DNA of 64,000 nucleotides, from the NCBI GenBank assembly GCA_041737125.1, contig JBGSSJ010000012.1, forward strand, positions 2,637-66,636. Direction: 5' to 3'. This document shows, in pieces, positions 9,521 through 19,697 of this stretch. How positions within the stretch are numbered: position 1 is the stretch's first letter; each line of letters starts with the position of its first letter. The translations under genes and the position numbers were made by a program. The notes under the pieces were generated by a model. It ran no database searches. It saw only the letters and a list, made by a program, of their open reading frames with translations, and was not told where the DNA came from. This stretch comes from Minisyncoccia bacterium. GTDB taxonomy: Bacteria; Patescibacteriota; Minisyncoccia; Phycocordibacterales; UBA9973.

Positions 9521-10147
9521 TTATTTTAATATTACCTCATCTCCATTCCCTACAAAAGTATACTTATTATCTTCTACTATTATACCCTGTCCATCTCTTA
9601 GTATTCTTAGTGGGTACTTTAAGGTTTTAATTTTTTCTTTTATTATTTCTTCTGATTCATCTTTATAATGAACTTTTAAAACAAATGGTACATAATTAAG
9701 AGCAGTAAAATCTGTAACTTCAAAACGTAGCTTTCCTGTATTATCCCAGTCAGATACCTCTATTGTAGGACACATAATATAAGCTCCGGCGCTTGTTCCA
9801 ATATACACCCTTCCTTCATTAAGTAATTCTTTAAGAATATCAGCGAAACCATTTTCCTTAATAGCTCTTATGAGATAGAAACTATTCCCCCCTTCCATAT
9901 GAATAATGTTTTTATCTTTAAAAAAAGTTTTTATTTCTTCCTTAGTTTTACCTTCAATATCAAACTCCTCAAATTTATAATTAGTATTTAATATTATATT
10001 TTTTAAATTATTAAAAAATGATTTATCTCTATCTCCCTTAGATGCAGTGGTAATCCAACCAATCTTCATTTGGTCTTTAGGAATACCTGTAGCCTGATAG
10101 CCATACTTTAAAAGGAAACTTGAATCTGACCCTAAAATTATTTTCAT
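9521..10147 (-). CDS. Peptidase E / S51 family (GATase1-like)
   Basis: GGNSFYL, YIGTSAGA nucleophile motif, VHY. Confidence 0.85.
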   Translation of the reverse strand: MKIILGSDSSFLLKYGYQATGIPKDQMKIGWITTASKGDRDKSFFNNLKNIILNTNYKFEEFDIEGKTKEEIKTFFKDKNIIHMEGGNSFYLIRAIKENGFADILKELLNEGRVYIGTSAGAYIMCPTIEVSDWDNTGKLRFEVTDFTALNYVPFVLKVHYKDESEEIIKEKIKTLKYPLRILRDGQGIIVEDNKYTFVGNGDEVILK

Positions 10148-10737
10148 AAATTTAATTCTCTATCTATAACTTCTATTAAGTTTTCTTCATTCAGAAACAA
10201 GAATGACTTGATGCCTAAACTTTCTGCTGAATCTACATTTGACTGCTGGTCATCGAAATACATGCACTCTTTGGGATCCAAGTTATTCTCAGTCATGACT
10301 AGCTCCCATGCTTTCGGGTCTGGCTTCACCAAGCCCGTCTGCCAAGAAAAGTAGACCTTATCTACGGCATCGTGCATCCACGGATAATGACCATAGTATT
10401 CAGCTCTTTCCTTGAAATTATTCGATAGTATAAATATTTTAATTCCTTTTTGTTTTAAGCTCTTTACGTATTCTATTATTGTATCAGATTGTACTTCAAA
10501 CTTGAACCAATAATCCCAGAAATCTTGCTCTTTCAAACCCAAATTCCATTCTTTAAAAACAGGCTCCCAGTAAGTAAATGCTGGCTTTGCATTGGGCTTC
10601 CTTACTTCTTCCATAATCATTTTTAATTTCGGTAAGAATACATCACTAGGTATGCCGAAATCTTTTGCAAACCTATCGCTAAGCTTCTCGCTCTGCAAAA
10701 ATATTCCATGCAAATCAAAAATAATAGCTTTTATCAT
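10144..10737 (-). CDS. HAD-family phosphatase
   Basis: IIFDLHG, LSNN, KPDP, FDD motifs. Confidence 0.88.
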   Translation of the reverse strand: MIKAIIFDLHGIFLQSEKLSDRFAKDFGIPSDVFLPKLKMIMEEVRKPNAKPAFTYWEPVFKEWNLGLKEQDFWDYWFKFEVQSDTIIEYVKSLKQKGIKIFILSNNFKERAEYYGHYPWMHDAVDKVYFSWQTGLVKPDPKAWELVMTENNLDPKECMYFDDQQSNVDSAESLGIKSFLFLNEENLIEVIDRELNL

Positions 10738-11354
10738 AAATCTTTAATATTACTATTTATCATTTTTACTATTTCGGGGAAAGTAGCGATGTCGAAGTGA
10801 CCATTCTTACTTTTATAAATAATAATTTTGGCATTTTTTAATTTATTCCTATACTTTTCTGCATGATCAACGGGTACACAATCATCGTCAGCCGAGAACA
10901 TCAAAGTGAGATTCTTGGAATTCTTCTCCAAAAGAGATAAATCTTTACCTAGTTTAAAACCACCCACCAAATCCTCTCCAATACAAGTATCATCAAAAGG
11001 TGGACAGACTAGGTATGTAGCTAGAATTTTCTTCGGAAATTTATTTTCAGATAAATACTGTGCAAGAAATATACCGCCCAAAGAACCTCCTATTAAGATA
11101 ACATTATTTCTTAAGTACGGTATGAATTTTTCAAAATGAATTTTCCATTCTTCGTATTTTGCATCTTCGCTAAGAGGCATTCTAGGTCTTAAGATTTCAA
11201 ATTTTTTACCTAATTTATCATCCATATAATCAGTAGCCCAACGTTTCTTCTTTTCAAAAGTAATAGATCTATCTTTTAGCCACAACAAATAATCTTTCCT
11301 GTTTCGAAAAGTCATACCTCCATGAATCATTAATATTTGTGGCTTTTTTTTCAT
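10734..11354 (-). CDS. Alpha/beta hydrolase (RBBP9/YdeN-like)
   Basis: IHGG, GGSLGG, SADDDCVP, GHF. Confidence 0.8.
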   Translation of the reverse strand: MKKKPQILMIHGGMTFRNRKDYLLWLKDRSITFEKKKRWATDYMDDKLGKKFEILRPRMPLSEDAKYEEWKIHFEKFIPYLRNNVILIGGSLGGIFLAQYLSENKFPKKILATYLVCPPFDDTCIGEDLVGGFKLGKDLSLLEKNSKNLTLMFSADDDCVPVDHAEKYRNKLKNAKIIIYKSKNGHFDIATFPEIVKMINSNIKDL

Positions 11355-11355
11355 A

Positions 11356-12729
11356 TTATTTTAACTTCTTAATTATCTTCATAAATAAATCGTTTCTTTC
11401 ATATTCATTATTGAACATTCCAAATGACGCAAATGCTGAAGAGAATAAAACTATATCCCCTCTTTTCGCCACAGATAACGCCTTCTCTACTGCGTCTTTC
11501 AAATTATCAACTTTATTACTTTCAACTTTTAACTTTTTACTCATTAACTCATCCGTTCCCGTCCCACCAATCATCACCACAGCTTTACAATTCTTATTTA
11601 TAGCTTTCACCAGGTTCTCGAGTGGTAAATTCTTCGTGGCCCCACCACAGATTAGTACAATATTTTTCTTAGCACTTTCCGATAGGCCTTGATTAGCGGA
11701 AAGTGCTTCGATTCCTGCAATAGTCGCCTCTGGAGTTGTCGCATTATTGTCGTTATATATCTTTATCCCTTTTACAGTTTTTACATATTGAAGTCTGCCT
11801 TCCACGCCTTTGAAAGCTTTAACAGCTTTCTTTATCTTAACTTCGGGTATTTGGAACTGCTTCGCTACTTCTACAGCACAAGCCAAATTATCCCTCTGAT
11901 ACAAACCAGGCACAACGAAATCCCAATCTAATACATTTTTAGTCTTTACAACTATAACCTTACTCTTATTGCCTTCCGGTAAACTTTTTATTTCTTTATC
12001 TATTAACTTTTTTACCTTAGGTAATGTTATTAGTACATCTCCCTTCTTTTGATATTTAAATATATTTGCTTTGTCTTCGAAATACCTATTCATATCATCT
12101 TTATAGTAATTCATATGATCACACATGAAAGTGGTGAAAACGGAAATATTTGGGGAAATATTTGCATCACCGAAGCCTTGCAACTGCCATGAATCAAGCT
12201 CAAGTACTACAATGTCATTGCTCTTTACTTTATTTAAGAGTGGAAGAGTAGCCCCACCTCGCACATTACCACCCAAGTATATTTTACGTTTTAATAGCTT
12301 TTCATTACTTTTCAATATCTCGTATATAAGCATTGTAGTCATTGTCTTACCTCGAGTACCAGTCACACCGACCATAGTCACATCTTCTGCAAGCTCTGCA
12401 AATAATGAAGCATCTATCTTCACTGGAATTTTATTCTTCTGTGCTTCTTTAATATAAATAGAATCAAGTGGCACACCAGCAGACTTTATAATTATATCTT
12501 TACCTTGGAAGTCACTTAGTCTATGTTCACCTAAGACGAATTTAATGTTTGGATATTTTGCAAGTAATTTTATAGAAGTGGCGAGCCTTTCTCTTGACTT
12601 CAAATCAGTCACTATAAGTTGCGCACCACATTCTGCCAAGAATTGCGTATAGGCAATAGACCGCCCCAAGAGCCCAAGCCCCATGACAGTAATCTTTTTA
12701 TCTTTAAAGTATTCTTTATAATTTTTCAT
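11356..12729 (-). CDS. murD: UDP-N-acetylmuramoyl-L-alanine--D-glutamate ligase
   Basis: GLGLLG, GVTGTRGKT, LELDSWQL, DHMNYY, SFGMFNNEYER. Confidence 0.93.
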   Translation of the reverse strand: MKNYKEYFKDKKITVMGLGLLGRSIAYTQFLAECGAQLIVTDLKSRERLATSIKLLAKYPNIKFVLGEHRLSDFQGKDIIIKSAGVPLDSIYIKEAQKNKIPVKIDASLFAELAEDVTMVGVTGTRGKTMTTMLIYEILKSNEKLLKRKIYLGGNVRGGATLPLLNKVKSNDIVVLELDSWQLQGFGDANISPNISVFTTFMCDHMNYYKDDMNRYFEDKANIFKYQKKGDVLITLPKVKKLIDKEIKSLPEGNKSKVIVVKTKNVLDWDFVVPGLYQRDNLACAVEVAKQFQIPEVKIKKAVKAFKGVEGRLQYVKTVKGIKIYNDNNATTPEATIAGIEALSANQGLSESAKKNIVLICGGATKNLPLENLVKAINKNCKAVVMIGGTGTDELMSKKLKVESNKVDNLKDAVEKALSVAKRGDIVLFSSAFASFGMFNNEYERNDLFMKIIKKLK

Positions 12730-14493
12730 TTAAAATAATTGCTTTTGCCATAATTCATAAAATCTCCCCTTCTTATTCATAAGTTCATCATATGAACCTT
12801 CCTCTATAATACCACCTTCTTCGATAACTATAATCTTATCCATTTCCTTAATAGTTGTAAGCCTATGAGCGATGACAACAGCAGTCACATTCTTGAAAAA
12901 TTTATGTAATGAATCTTTAATCTTTTCTTCAGATTCTAGATCGAGGTGTGAAGTAGCTTCATCTAGAAGTAGTATTGACGGCTCTTTAAAGATAGCACGA
13001 GCAATACCAAGTCGCTGGCGCTCACCACCAGAGAGCTTCACTCCATGCTCTCCTATTTTAGTATCTATGCCATTTGGTAGCTTGTGAACATAGTCCTTCA
13101 CATGGCCAATTTCTAAAGAATTTTCAAGTAGTTCTTTATCATCCTTTTTACTTGGTTGTGAAATTATTATATTTTCTTTTAAAGATAGATTGAATACTTC
13201 TGTATCTTGGGGGACAATGGATATATGTTTATAGAACTCATCCGGATGAATATCTTTGATTGATACATTGTCTATCTTTATATCTCCATGATAATCATCC
13301 CTTTCACGAATAAGTAGCTTGAACAACGTAGACTTCCCTGCACCCGAGAGCCCGACAATACCAATCTTCTGGCCTTTAGAAATTTTAAATGTAAGATTAT
13401 TTAAAGCTTTATTATCTTCATAATAAAAAGAAAGATTTTCTATTAATAAAGTATTCCATACTTTAGGAAATTCTTGAGTACCTATCTCTGGCACAACTTC
13501 TCTCCCTACAAGATCATACATTCTATAGATTGACTGCCTCGACACCATAACATCCTGACTTACATCAGTAATTTCTTTAATATTACTCCAAATTTTATCA
13601 AAATAAGCTGAGAACATAACAATAAGAGCTATATCGTATCTACCCTTAAATACAGAGTATACAATATAAGACAATACTGTCATCTTAAATACCTGAGAGA
13701 ATATTGCCATGAACCCACTTCTAAATTGGAACATTTTTATTCTATTCTTAAATGCACGAAAGAGATTATCTGTCAGATAAGCAACTTTATTCATCATTTC
13801 TTTACCTATATGTAGCACTCGGATAGTTCGTATATTACTCACAACTTCATATACATTCCCACTTAGTTGATCTTCGTGGATATTTACTTGGTGCGCAGCA
13901 CCAATACATCTCTTTTGTAAATATTTTGAAATTGAAAAATATACAATTAAAAAGACGAGCATTATTAAAGCTATCCAAGAATCAAACTCAAGTAATATGA
14001 ATGGGATACCGACAAAAGTAACAAAAGTTTCAATATAACTATTTATGTATGCATATAGGATATCTCTATAACTCATTGCTCCACGTTCTATACGTTTAAT
14101 TTTTATGCCGGAAGATTCCTTCTCATGCCATGCACTATCTTTAGATATAAGGACACCTAACATATACTTTTCTATATTTAAATACACATCCTGCGCTGTA
14201 GAAAAGACTAGCCTTTTTGCAATATATCTAAATAGATGCTGAATAATATAAGATATAACCCATAACATGAGGATAATAGACGCATGATTGAAATCAAGTG
14301 AATGTTCAGTTAATCCATTTACAACTAGCCCTAATGCATAGACTGGGTAAAGCCCAGCCACATCACCAGCTAATCTAAAAAAAGTACCAAGTACTATATA
14401 TTTTTTTCTATCTCCTGAGTACTTCCAAATATCTTTTATTAAACTTTTTAAAGAATATTGTATTCCTTTATCATTTGGATCTGATATTTTCAT
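12730..14493 (-). CDS. ABC exporter, fused permease/ATPase
   Basis: Multi-TM N-terminus, GLSGAGKS, LSGGERQR, LLLDEAT. Confidence 0.92.
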   Translation of the reverse strand: MKISDPNDKGIQYSLKSLIKDIWKYSGDRKKYIVLGTFFRLAGDVAGLYPVYALGLVVNGLTEHSLDFNHASIILMLWVISYIIQHLFRYIAKRLVFSTAQDVYLNIEKYMLGVLISKDSAWHEKESSGIKIKRIERGAMSYRDILYAYINSYIETFVTFVGIPFILLEFDSWIALIMLVFLIVYFSISKYLQKRCIGAAHQVNIHEDQLSGNVYEVVSNIRTIRVLHIGKEMMNKVAYLTDNLFRAFKNRIKMFQFRSGFMAIFSQVFKMTVLSYIVYSVFKGRYDIALIVMFSAYFDKIWSNIKEITDVSQDVMVSRQSIYRMYDLVGREVVPEIGTQEFPKVWNTLLIENLSFYYEDNKALNNLTFKISKGQKIGIVGLSGAGKSTLFKLLIRERDDYHGDIKIDNVSIKDIHPDEFYKHISIVPQDTEVFNLSLKENIIISQPSKKDDKELLENSLEIGHVKDYVHKLPNGIDTKIGEHGVKLSGGERQRLGIARAIFKEPSILLLDEATSHLDLESEEKIKDSLHKFFKNVTAVVIAHRLTTIKEMDKIIVIEEGGIIEEGSYDELMNKKGRFYELWQKQLF

Positions 14494-14494
14494 A

Positions 14495-15679
14495 TTATTT
14501 TAAATATTTCTTTAATTCTTCTGTATCATCAAAATGGTTTTTGATGCCATTTATTTCTTGATAATTCTCATGGCCTTTGCCTGCGACGAGTATATAGTCG
14601 CCACTCTCTGCAAGCTCTACTGCTTTCTTTATTGCTTCCCTTCTATCAGAGATAATATGTACACCTCCGACTTCGCTCAGGGCTTCGCTGGATAAACCTT
14701 TCTTCATATCTTCTAATATGTCTTCAGGTTTTTCTGTGCGAGGATTATCAGATGTAATTATTATTATATCACTCATATCATAGCCGATTTTAGCCATTAT
14801 TGAGCGCTTTGTCTTATCCCTATCTCCTCCGCAACCAAAGACAGATATTATCTTCCCTTTCTTATTTTGGTTCATTTCATTTATTGTTCGTAGCACATTA
14901 GACAATGCATCTGGTGTATGCGCATAGTCGACTATTCCAGTCACACCAGCTGTGCTCGTGTAAGATTCGAATCTTCCTCGTGCAGGAGCGAGCTTCTTTA
15001 TCTCTTCTTTTACTTTTTCTTTATCTTCTCCAAGTAACACTGCTACAGAGTAAACAGCGAGTATATTATATGCATTGAACTCGCCCAATAATTTCGTCTC
15101 TAACTTATCAGAGAAGTCTGCTTCCTTTTTGAATCCATATTTATACGCTTTGGCTTCTATATCAGATAACATCTTCTCTCCATAACCATCATCGATATTC
15201 GAAAGTGCAAAAGCGTTACGAGGTAGCATTGTGAAGAACTTCTTCTTGGCTTTAAAGTAATTCTCGAAAGTTTTATGATAATCCAAATGATCATGAGTAA
15301 GGTTCGTATATACTCCACCAGCAAAATTAATCCCGGCTATTCTATCCTGTGCGATTGCATGGGAGGATACTTCCATGAAGCAGTACTCACAACCTGCCTC
15401 CACCATCTTATTTAATAAATTATTCAACTCTATAGGAAGCGGTGTTGTATTTCGAGCTTCTATTTCTTCATCATTTATCTTATTCACAACTGTGCCTATC
15501 ATTCCTACTTTATATCCTAAGTTACGGAAAAGCTGATACAGAAGAGTGACTGTAGTAGTCTTACCATTGGTACCTGTCACTCCGATAATCTTTATCTTCT
15601 TTGACGGATTACCATAGAAATGCAATCCTGCTAGGAAAGCAATAAATCTATGTTTTATTTTTTTAAAAAATTTATTCAT
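14495..15679 (-). CDS. murE: UDP-MurNAc-dipeptide--meso-DAP ligase (lacks N-terminal domain)
   Basis: GVTGTNGKTT, MEVSSH, DHLDYH, DYAHTPD, DNPR (DAP-specificity motif), GKGHE. Confidence 0.95.
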   Translation of the reverse strand: MNKFFKKIKHRFIAFLAGLHFYGNPSKKIKIIGVTGTNGKTTTVTLLYQLFRNLGYKVGMIGTVVNKINDEEIEARNTTPLPIELNNLLNKMVEAGCEYCFMEVSSHAIAQDRIAGINFAGGVYTNLTHDHLDYHKTFENYFKAKKKFFTMLPRNAFALSNIDDGYGEKMLSDIEAKAYKYGFKKEADFSDKLETKLLGEFNAYNILAVYSVAVLLGEDKEKVKEEIKKLAPARGRFESYTSTAGVTGIVDYAHTPDALSNVLRTINEMNQNKKGKIISVFGCGGDRDKTKRSIMAKIGYDMSDIIIITSDNPRTEKPEDILEDMKKGLSSEALSEVGGVHIISDRREAIKKAVELAESGDYILVAGKGHENYQEINGIKNHFDDTEELKKYLK

Positions 15680-16268
15680 TACTTAATTTGTTTTGGAATA
15701 ATTTGATTGCTTTCTCTATGTCTTGCGAGACTTCTTTTATAGACTGATTACCATTTATTTTCTTAAGTTTTCCTAAACTGTCAAAATAGTTCACTGTCTT
15801 AGAAACCTGATCTTTATGCCATTTTATACGACTTAAGATAAATTTATTATCATCATCGGTACCACGTTTACGTCCAATAGAACGTTTAAATACTTCTTTG
15901 TCTGGAAGAGTTATATAAATAGCGAAAAACTTCTCCTTGTGTTCTTTCATTAATTTATTGAGTAGCTGACCTTCAGGCTTAAGACGTGGATTTCCTACAA
16001 ACAAAAGATTTTTATTCTTTGGTCTTTTCTCAATATTCTCAAGGAGGAACTTCTTCATCAGAGCTACCGGTGCAGGTAAGCCTTTGCTCACAGTTCTGCG
16101 TAGCCATTCCCCATCCTTACTTTTCTCTTTCTCAAGCTTTCGCCAATGCTTCCCAGATTCGACTGGTTTAAGGTTGTATTTATCAAGTATTACAAGTGCT
16201 TGAGTATCTTTACCTGAAGCAATTTGTCCAAGTAAGACAAGGTGGAAACCAAGTTGTTCTTTCTTCAT
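15672..16268 (-). CDS. Adenylate kinase-like nucleoside monophosphate kinase
   Basis: GQIASGKDTQA P-loop, GNPR, RGTDD; no long LID domain. Confidence 0.8.
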   Translation of the reverse strand: MKKEQLGFHLVLLGQIASGKDTQALVILDKYNLKPVESGKHWRKLEKEKSKDGEWLRRTVSKGLPAPVALMKKFLLENIEKRPKNKNLLFVGNPRLKPEGQLLNKLMKEHKEKFFAIYITLPDKEVFKRSIGRKRGTDDDNKFILSRIKWHKDQVSKTVNYFDSLGKLKKINGNQSIKEVSQDIEKAIKLFQNKLSNE

Positions 16269-16324
16269 ATAACTAATTTACCATAAAAATGGTCAAATAA
16301 AAACCCTTATGGTATAGTATTTTT

Positions 16325-17470
16325 ATGAAAATTCTAGCTATTGAGACATCCTGCGACGATACATGTATTGCTATTCTTGAGGTAAAAGAATTGAAAAATG
16401 CTGTCTCATTTAAGATACTTTCTAATGTAGTGAATTCCCAAACAATCCATGCAAGCTATGGAGGAGTATTCCCTATGATGGCAAAGCGTGAACATATCAA
16501 AAATATCGGTCCAGTATTTGATAGAGCCATGAAGGATGCGAAGAATCCAAAGATAGATATGATTGCGGTCACAGTAGGCCCGGGGCTTGAGCCTGCACTA
16601 TGGGTAGGTATTACTTTTGCTCAAGAATTAAGCACGAAGTTAAAAGTTCCAATCATACCTGTAAACCATATGGAAGGTCATATACTATCCATCTTCCCTA
16701 CAAAGATGAAAACTTTCACTATCAAGAAGGACGAGTCTATATTCCCAGTGCTTTCTTTGCTCGTGTCTGGAGGACACACAGAAATAGTATTGGCGAAAGA
16801 CTTCGGCAAATACAAAATTATCGGCCGTACTCGCGATGATGCTGTCGGTGAAGCATTTGATAAAGTCGCTCGTATGCTTGGATTGCCTTACCCTGGTGGA
16901 CCAGAAATCTCAAGATTAGCGAAAGAGGAGCGAGGTAATATTAATTCGGGAAGCCTTGCGCAGGCTGACGAGCCGAGCAGAGAAATTTTTCACCAGAAAA
17001 ATATTCGTGCTGACAGAAATAATATTCCGAGCGACATAAAGCTCCCCCGCCCTATGATGTATTCGAAAGATTACGACTTCTCCTTTTCTGGGCTCAAAAC
17101 TGCAGTACTATATATGATACGTGATGTATACAAAGGCAAACTTACAGACAAACAAAAGTCACAAATAGCAAAAGAATTCGAAGATGCCGCCATTGAAGTT
17201 CTAGTTCACAAGACTCTTCGTGCAGTGAAGCAATACAAAGTGAAAACTCTCATAGTAGGAGGTGGAGTATCTGCGAATACTTATCTAAAAGAGACTTTGA
17301 AAAATAAATTAAAAGAATTTGATAAAGAAATCAAAACACACTTCCCTGTGAAAGGCTTGTCGACTGATAATGCTCTCATGATAGCGATTGCCGGATATAT
17401 GAATCATATAAATAAGAAAAAGATGAGAGGCCAGGCAAAGCTTAAGGCTGTCGGAAATCTATCCTTATAA
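16325..17470 (+). CDS. tsaD: tRNA t6A threonylcarbamoyltransferase TsaD
   Basis: LAIETSCDDT, NHMEGH, SGGHT, DDAVGEAFDK, FSFSGLKT, DNALMIA; carries an in-frame insert of about 30 aa. Confidence 0.96.
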   Translation: MKILAIETSCDDTCIAILEVKELKNAVSFKILSNVVNSQTIHASYGGVFPMMAKREHIKNIGPVFDRAMKDAKNPKIDMIAVTVGPGLEPALWVGITFAQELSTKLKVPIIPVNHMEGHILSIFPTKMKTFTIKKDESIFPVLSLLVSGGHTEIVLAKDFGKYKIIGRTRDDAVGEAFDKVARMLGLPYPGGPEISRLAKEERGNINSGSLAQADEPSREIFHQKNIRADRNNIPSDIKLPRPMMYSKDYDFSFSGLKTAVLYMIRDVYKGKLTDKQKSQIAKEFEDAAIEVLVHKTLRAVKQYKVKTLIVGGGVSANTYLKETLKNKLKEFDKEIKTHFPVKGLSTDNALMIAIAGYMNHINKKKMRGQAKLKAVGNLSL

Positions 17471-17507
17471 TATTGGAAAAAAGTCTCCGAAATGCTATAT
17501 TTTATAT

Positions 17508-19697
17508 ATGAATGAAGAGCATAAAGACATAAATCCAAAACTATTATCCCCTTATAATCCGAATGATACAGAAGACCGTATTTATAAGCTTTGGGAAGAT
17601 AGTGGATTTTTTAATCCTGATGTTTGTATAGAACAAGGTGTAACGAAAGAAGATAGCGAGACTTTCTCTATCGTCCTCCCCCCTCCAAATGTTACAGGCA
17701 CTCTTCATATAGGTCATGCTTCGATGCTCACTATTGAAGATATCATGGTGCGCTTCGCTCGTATGCAAGGCAAGCGTACACTTTGGCTACCGGGTACAGA
17801 CCACGCAGCTATTGCTACACAATCCAAAGTTGAGAAAATATTAGAAAAAGAAGAAGGTAAAAGAAAAACTGATTTAGGGAGAGAAGAGTTCCTAAAGAAA
17901 GTGGAGCTATTCGCGCAAGATAGCCATGACACAATAGTATCCCAAATGAAGAAGATGGGTACTTCTGTCGACTGGTCTCGTGAAGCATATACACTAGATG
18001 ACACTCGTAACTTTGCTGTAAGAACAGCATTCAAGAGAATGTATGAAGACGGACTTATATACCGCGGACACAGAATTGTAAACTGGGACCCTAAAGGCCA
18101 GACTGTTATATCTGATGATGAAGTTATAAACGAAGAGCGCAAAGCGAAACTTTATACTTTCAAGTACAGCCATGACTTCCCTATTTCTATATCTACAACT
18201 CGTCCTGAGACAAAAGTTGGCGATGTCGCTGTCGCAGTGAATCCGACGGATGAACGATATAAGGAATACGTAGGCCAAGAATATGATGCTGTTTTTTGTG
18301 GAGTATCTATACACATAAAAGTTATCGCAGATGAGCAAGTAGAGAAAGAGTTCGGTACAGGAGCACTTGGAGTGACTCCAGCCCACAGCTCAATCGATGC
18401 AGATATCGCAACACGTCATAACTTGGGATCAAAACAAGTCATAAATGAATATGCGAAAATGATGGTAGGTGGTGAGAATATTCTCGGCAAGAAGACTACA
18501 GAAGCACGCGCAATAATAGTGGATTGGCTAAGTAATGAAGGCTTACTTGAAAAAGAGGAAGAAGTAATACAGAACGTACCCACAGCAGAGCGCACTGGTG
18601 GTATTATAGAACCGTTGCCGAAACTTCAATGGTTCATAAATGTAAATAAGCCTATAGCGTCACGAAATAATAAAACACTTAAAGAATTAATGCTCTCTGC
18701 CGTGAAAAGCCAAGATGTAAATATTATTCCTGATCGCTTTGAAAGAGTTTATTATAACTGGATAGAGAATCTACGGGACTGGTGTATATCTCGCCAAATA
18801 TGGTACGGCCACAGAATACCTGTCTGGTACAAAGAAGGAGAAATTTATTGTGGAATAGAAGCACCCGAGGGTGGCGATTGGGAGCAAGACCCTGATACCC
18901 TTGATACTTGGTTCTCATCGGGGCTTTGGACTTTCTCGACTTTAGGTTGGCCAGATATGGAAGCAAAGGATTTGCGAGACTACCATCCCACAAGTGTGCT
19001 TGAGACTGGGTACGATATTATATTCTTCTGGGTGGCACGCATGATACTCATGTCACAATACCTGCTCGGTGAAGTTCCATTCCGAACTGTATATCTTCAT
19101 GGACTTGTTCGAGATGCACAAGGGCGTAAGATGAGTAAATCACTCGGTAATATTATTGACCCGCTTGATGTCGCAGAAAAGTACGGAGCAGATGCTGTAC
19201 GCATGTCGCTTATTATAGGCACAGGTCCCGGGAATGATAGCAAAATGAGTGAAGACAAAATCAAAGCTTACAAGAATTATGCGAACAAGCTCTGGAATAT
19301 TACACGCTTCGTATTAACTAGTACAGATTATGTATACAATGGAGAATTTAATAATTTCACAGAGAAAGATCGTGAGCTAATACTCGATAGGAATACAATA
19401 CTAAAAGATATCACTAAAGACATGACTTCGTACCGCTTCTATCTTGCAGGCGAGAAGATATACCAATACACATGGGCACGTTTCGCTGATGTCATTATAG
19501 AAGAAAGTAAAAAGATACTAGAAAATGGTACAGAAGAAGAAAAAGAATCCAGAAAGCAATTCCTCCTCGATACACTGGTAAAGATAGTCATTACTCTCCA
19601 CCCTTTCATGCCATTCGTCACCGAAGAGATCTGGTCTATGATTCCAGTCGAGAATAAAAATTTACTCATGGTAACTCCATGGCCAGCTAATGACTGA
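17508..19697 (+). CDS. valS: Valine--tRNA ligase (no C-terminal coiled coil)
   Basis: PPPNVTGTLHIGH, DWCISRQIWYGH, DTWFSS, KMSKS. Confidence 0.97.
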   Translation: MNEEHKDINPKLLSPYNPNDTEDRIYKLWEDSGFFNPDVCIEQGVTKEDSETFSIVLPPPNVTGTLHIGHASMLTIEDIMVRFARMQGKRTLWLPGTDHAAIATQSKVEKILEKEEGKRKTDLGREEFLKKVELFAQDSHDTIVSQMKKMGTSVDWSREAYTLDDTRNFAVRTAFKRMYEDGLIYRGHRIVNWDPKGQTVISDDEVINEERKAKLYTFKYSHDFPISISTTRPETKVGDVAVAVNPTDERYKEYVGQEYDAVFCGVSIHIKVIADEQVEKEFGTGALGVTPAHSSIDADIATRHNLGSKQVINEYAKMMVGGENILGKKTTEARAIIVDWLSNEGLLEKEEEVIQNVPTAERTGGIIEPLPKLQWFINVNKPIASRNNKTLKELMLSAVKSQDVNIIPDRFERVYYNWIENLRDWCISRQIWYGHRIPVWYKEGEIYCGIEAPEGGDWEQDPDTLDTWFSSGLWTFSTLGWPDMEAKDLRDYHPTSVLETGYDIIFFWVARMILMSQYLLGEVPFRTVYLHGLVRDAQGRKMSKSLGNIIDPLDVAEKYGADAVRMSLIIGTGPGNDSKMSEDKIKAYKNYANKLWNITRFVLTSTDYVYNGEFNNFTEKDRELILDRNTILKDITKDMTSYRFYLAGEKIYQYTWARFADVIIEESKKILENGTEEEKESRKQFLLDTLVKIVITLHPFMPFVTEEIWSMIPVENKNLLMVTPWPAND

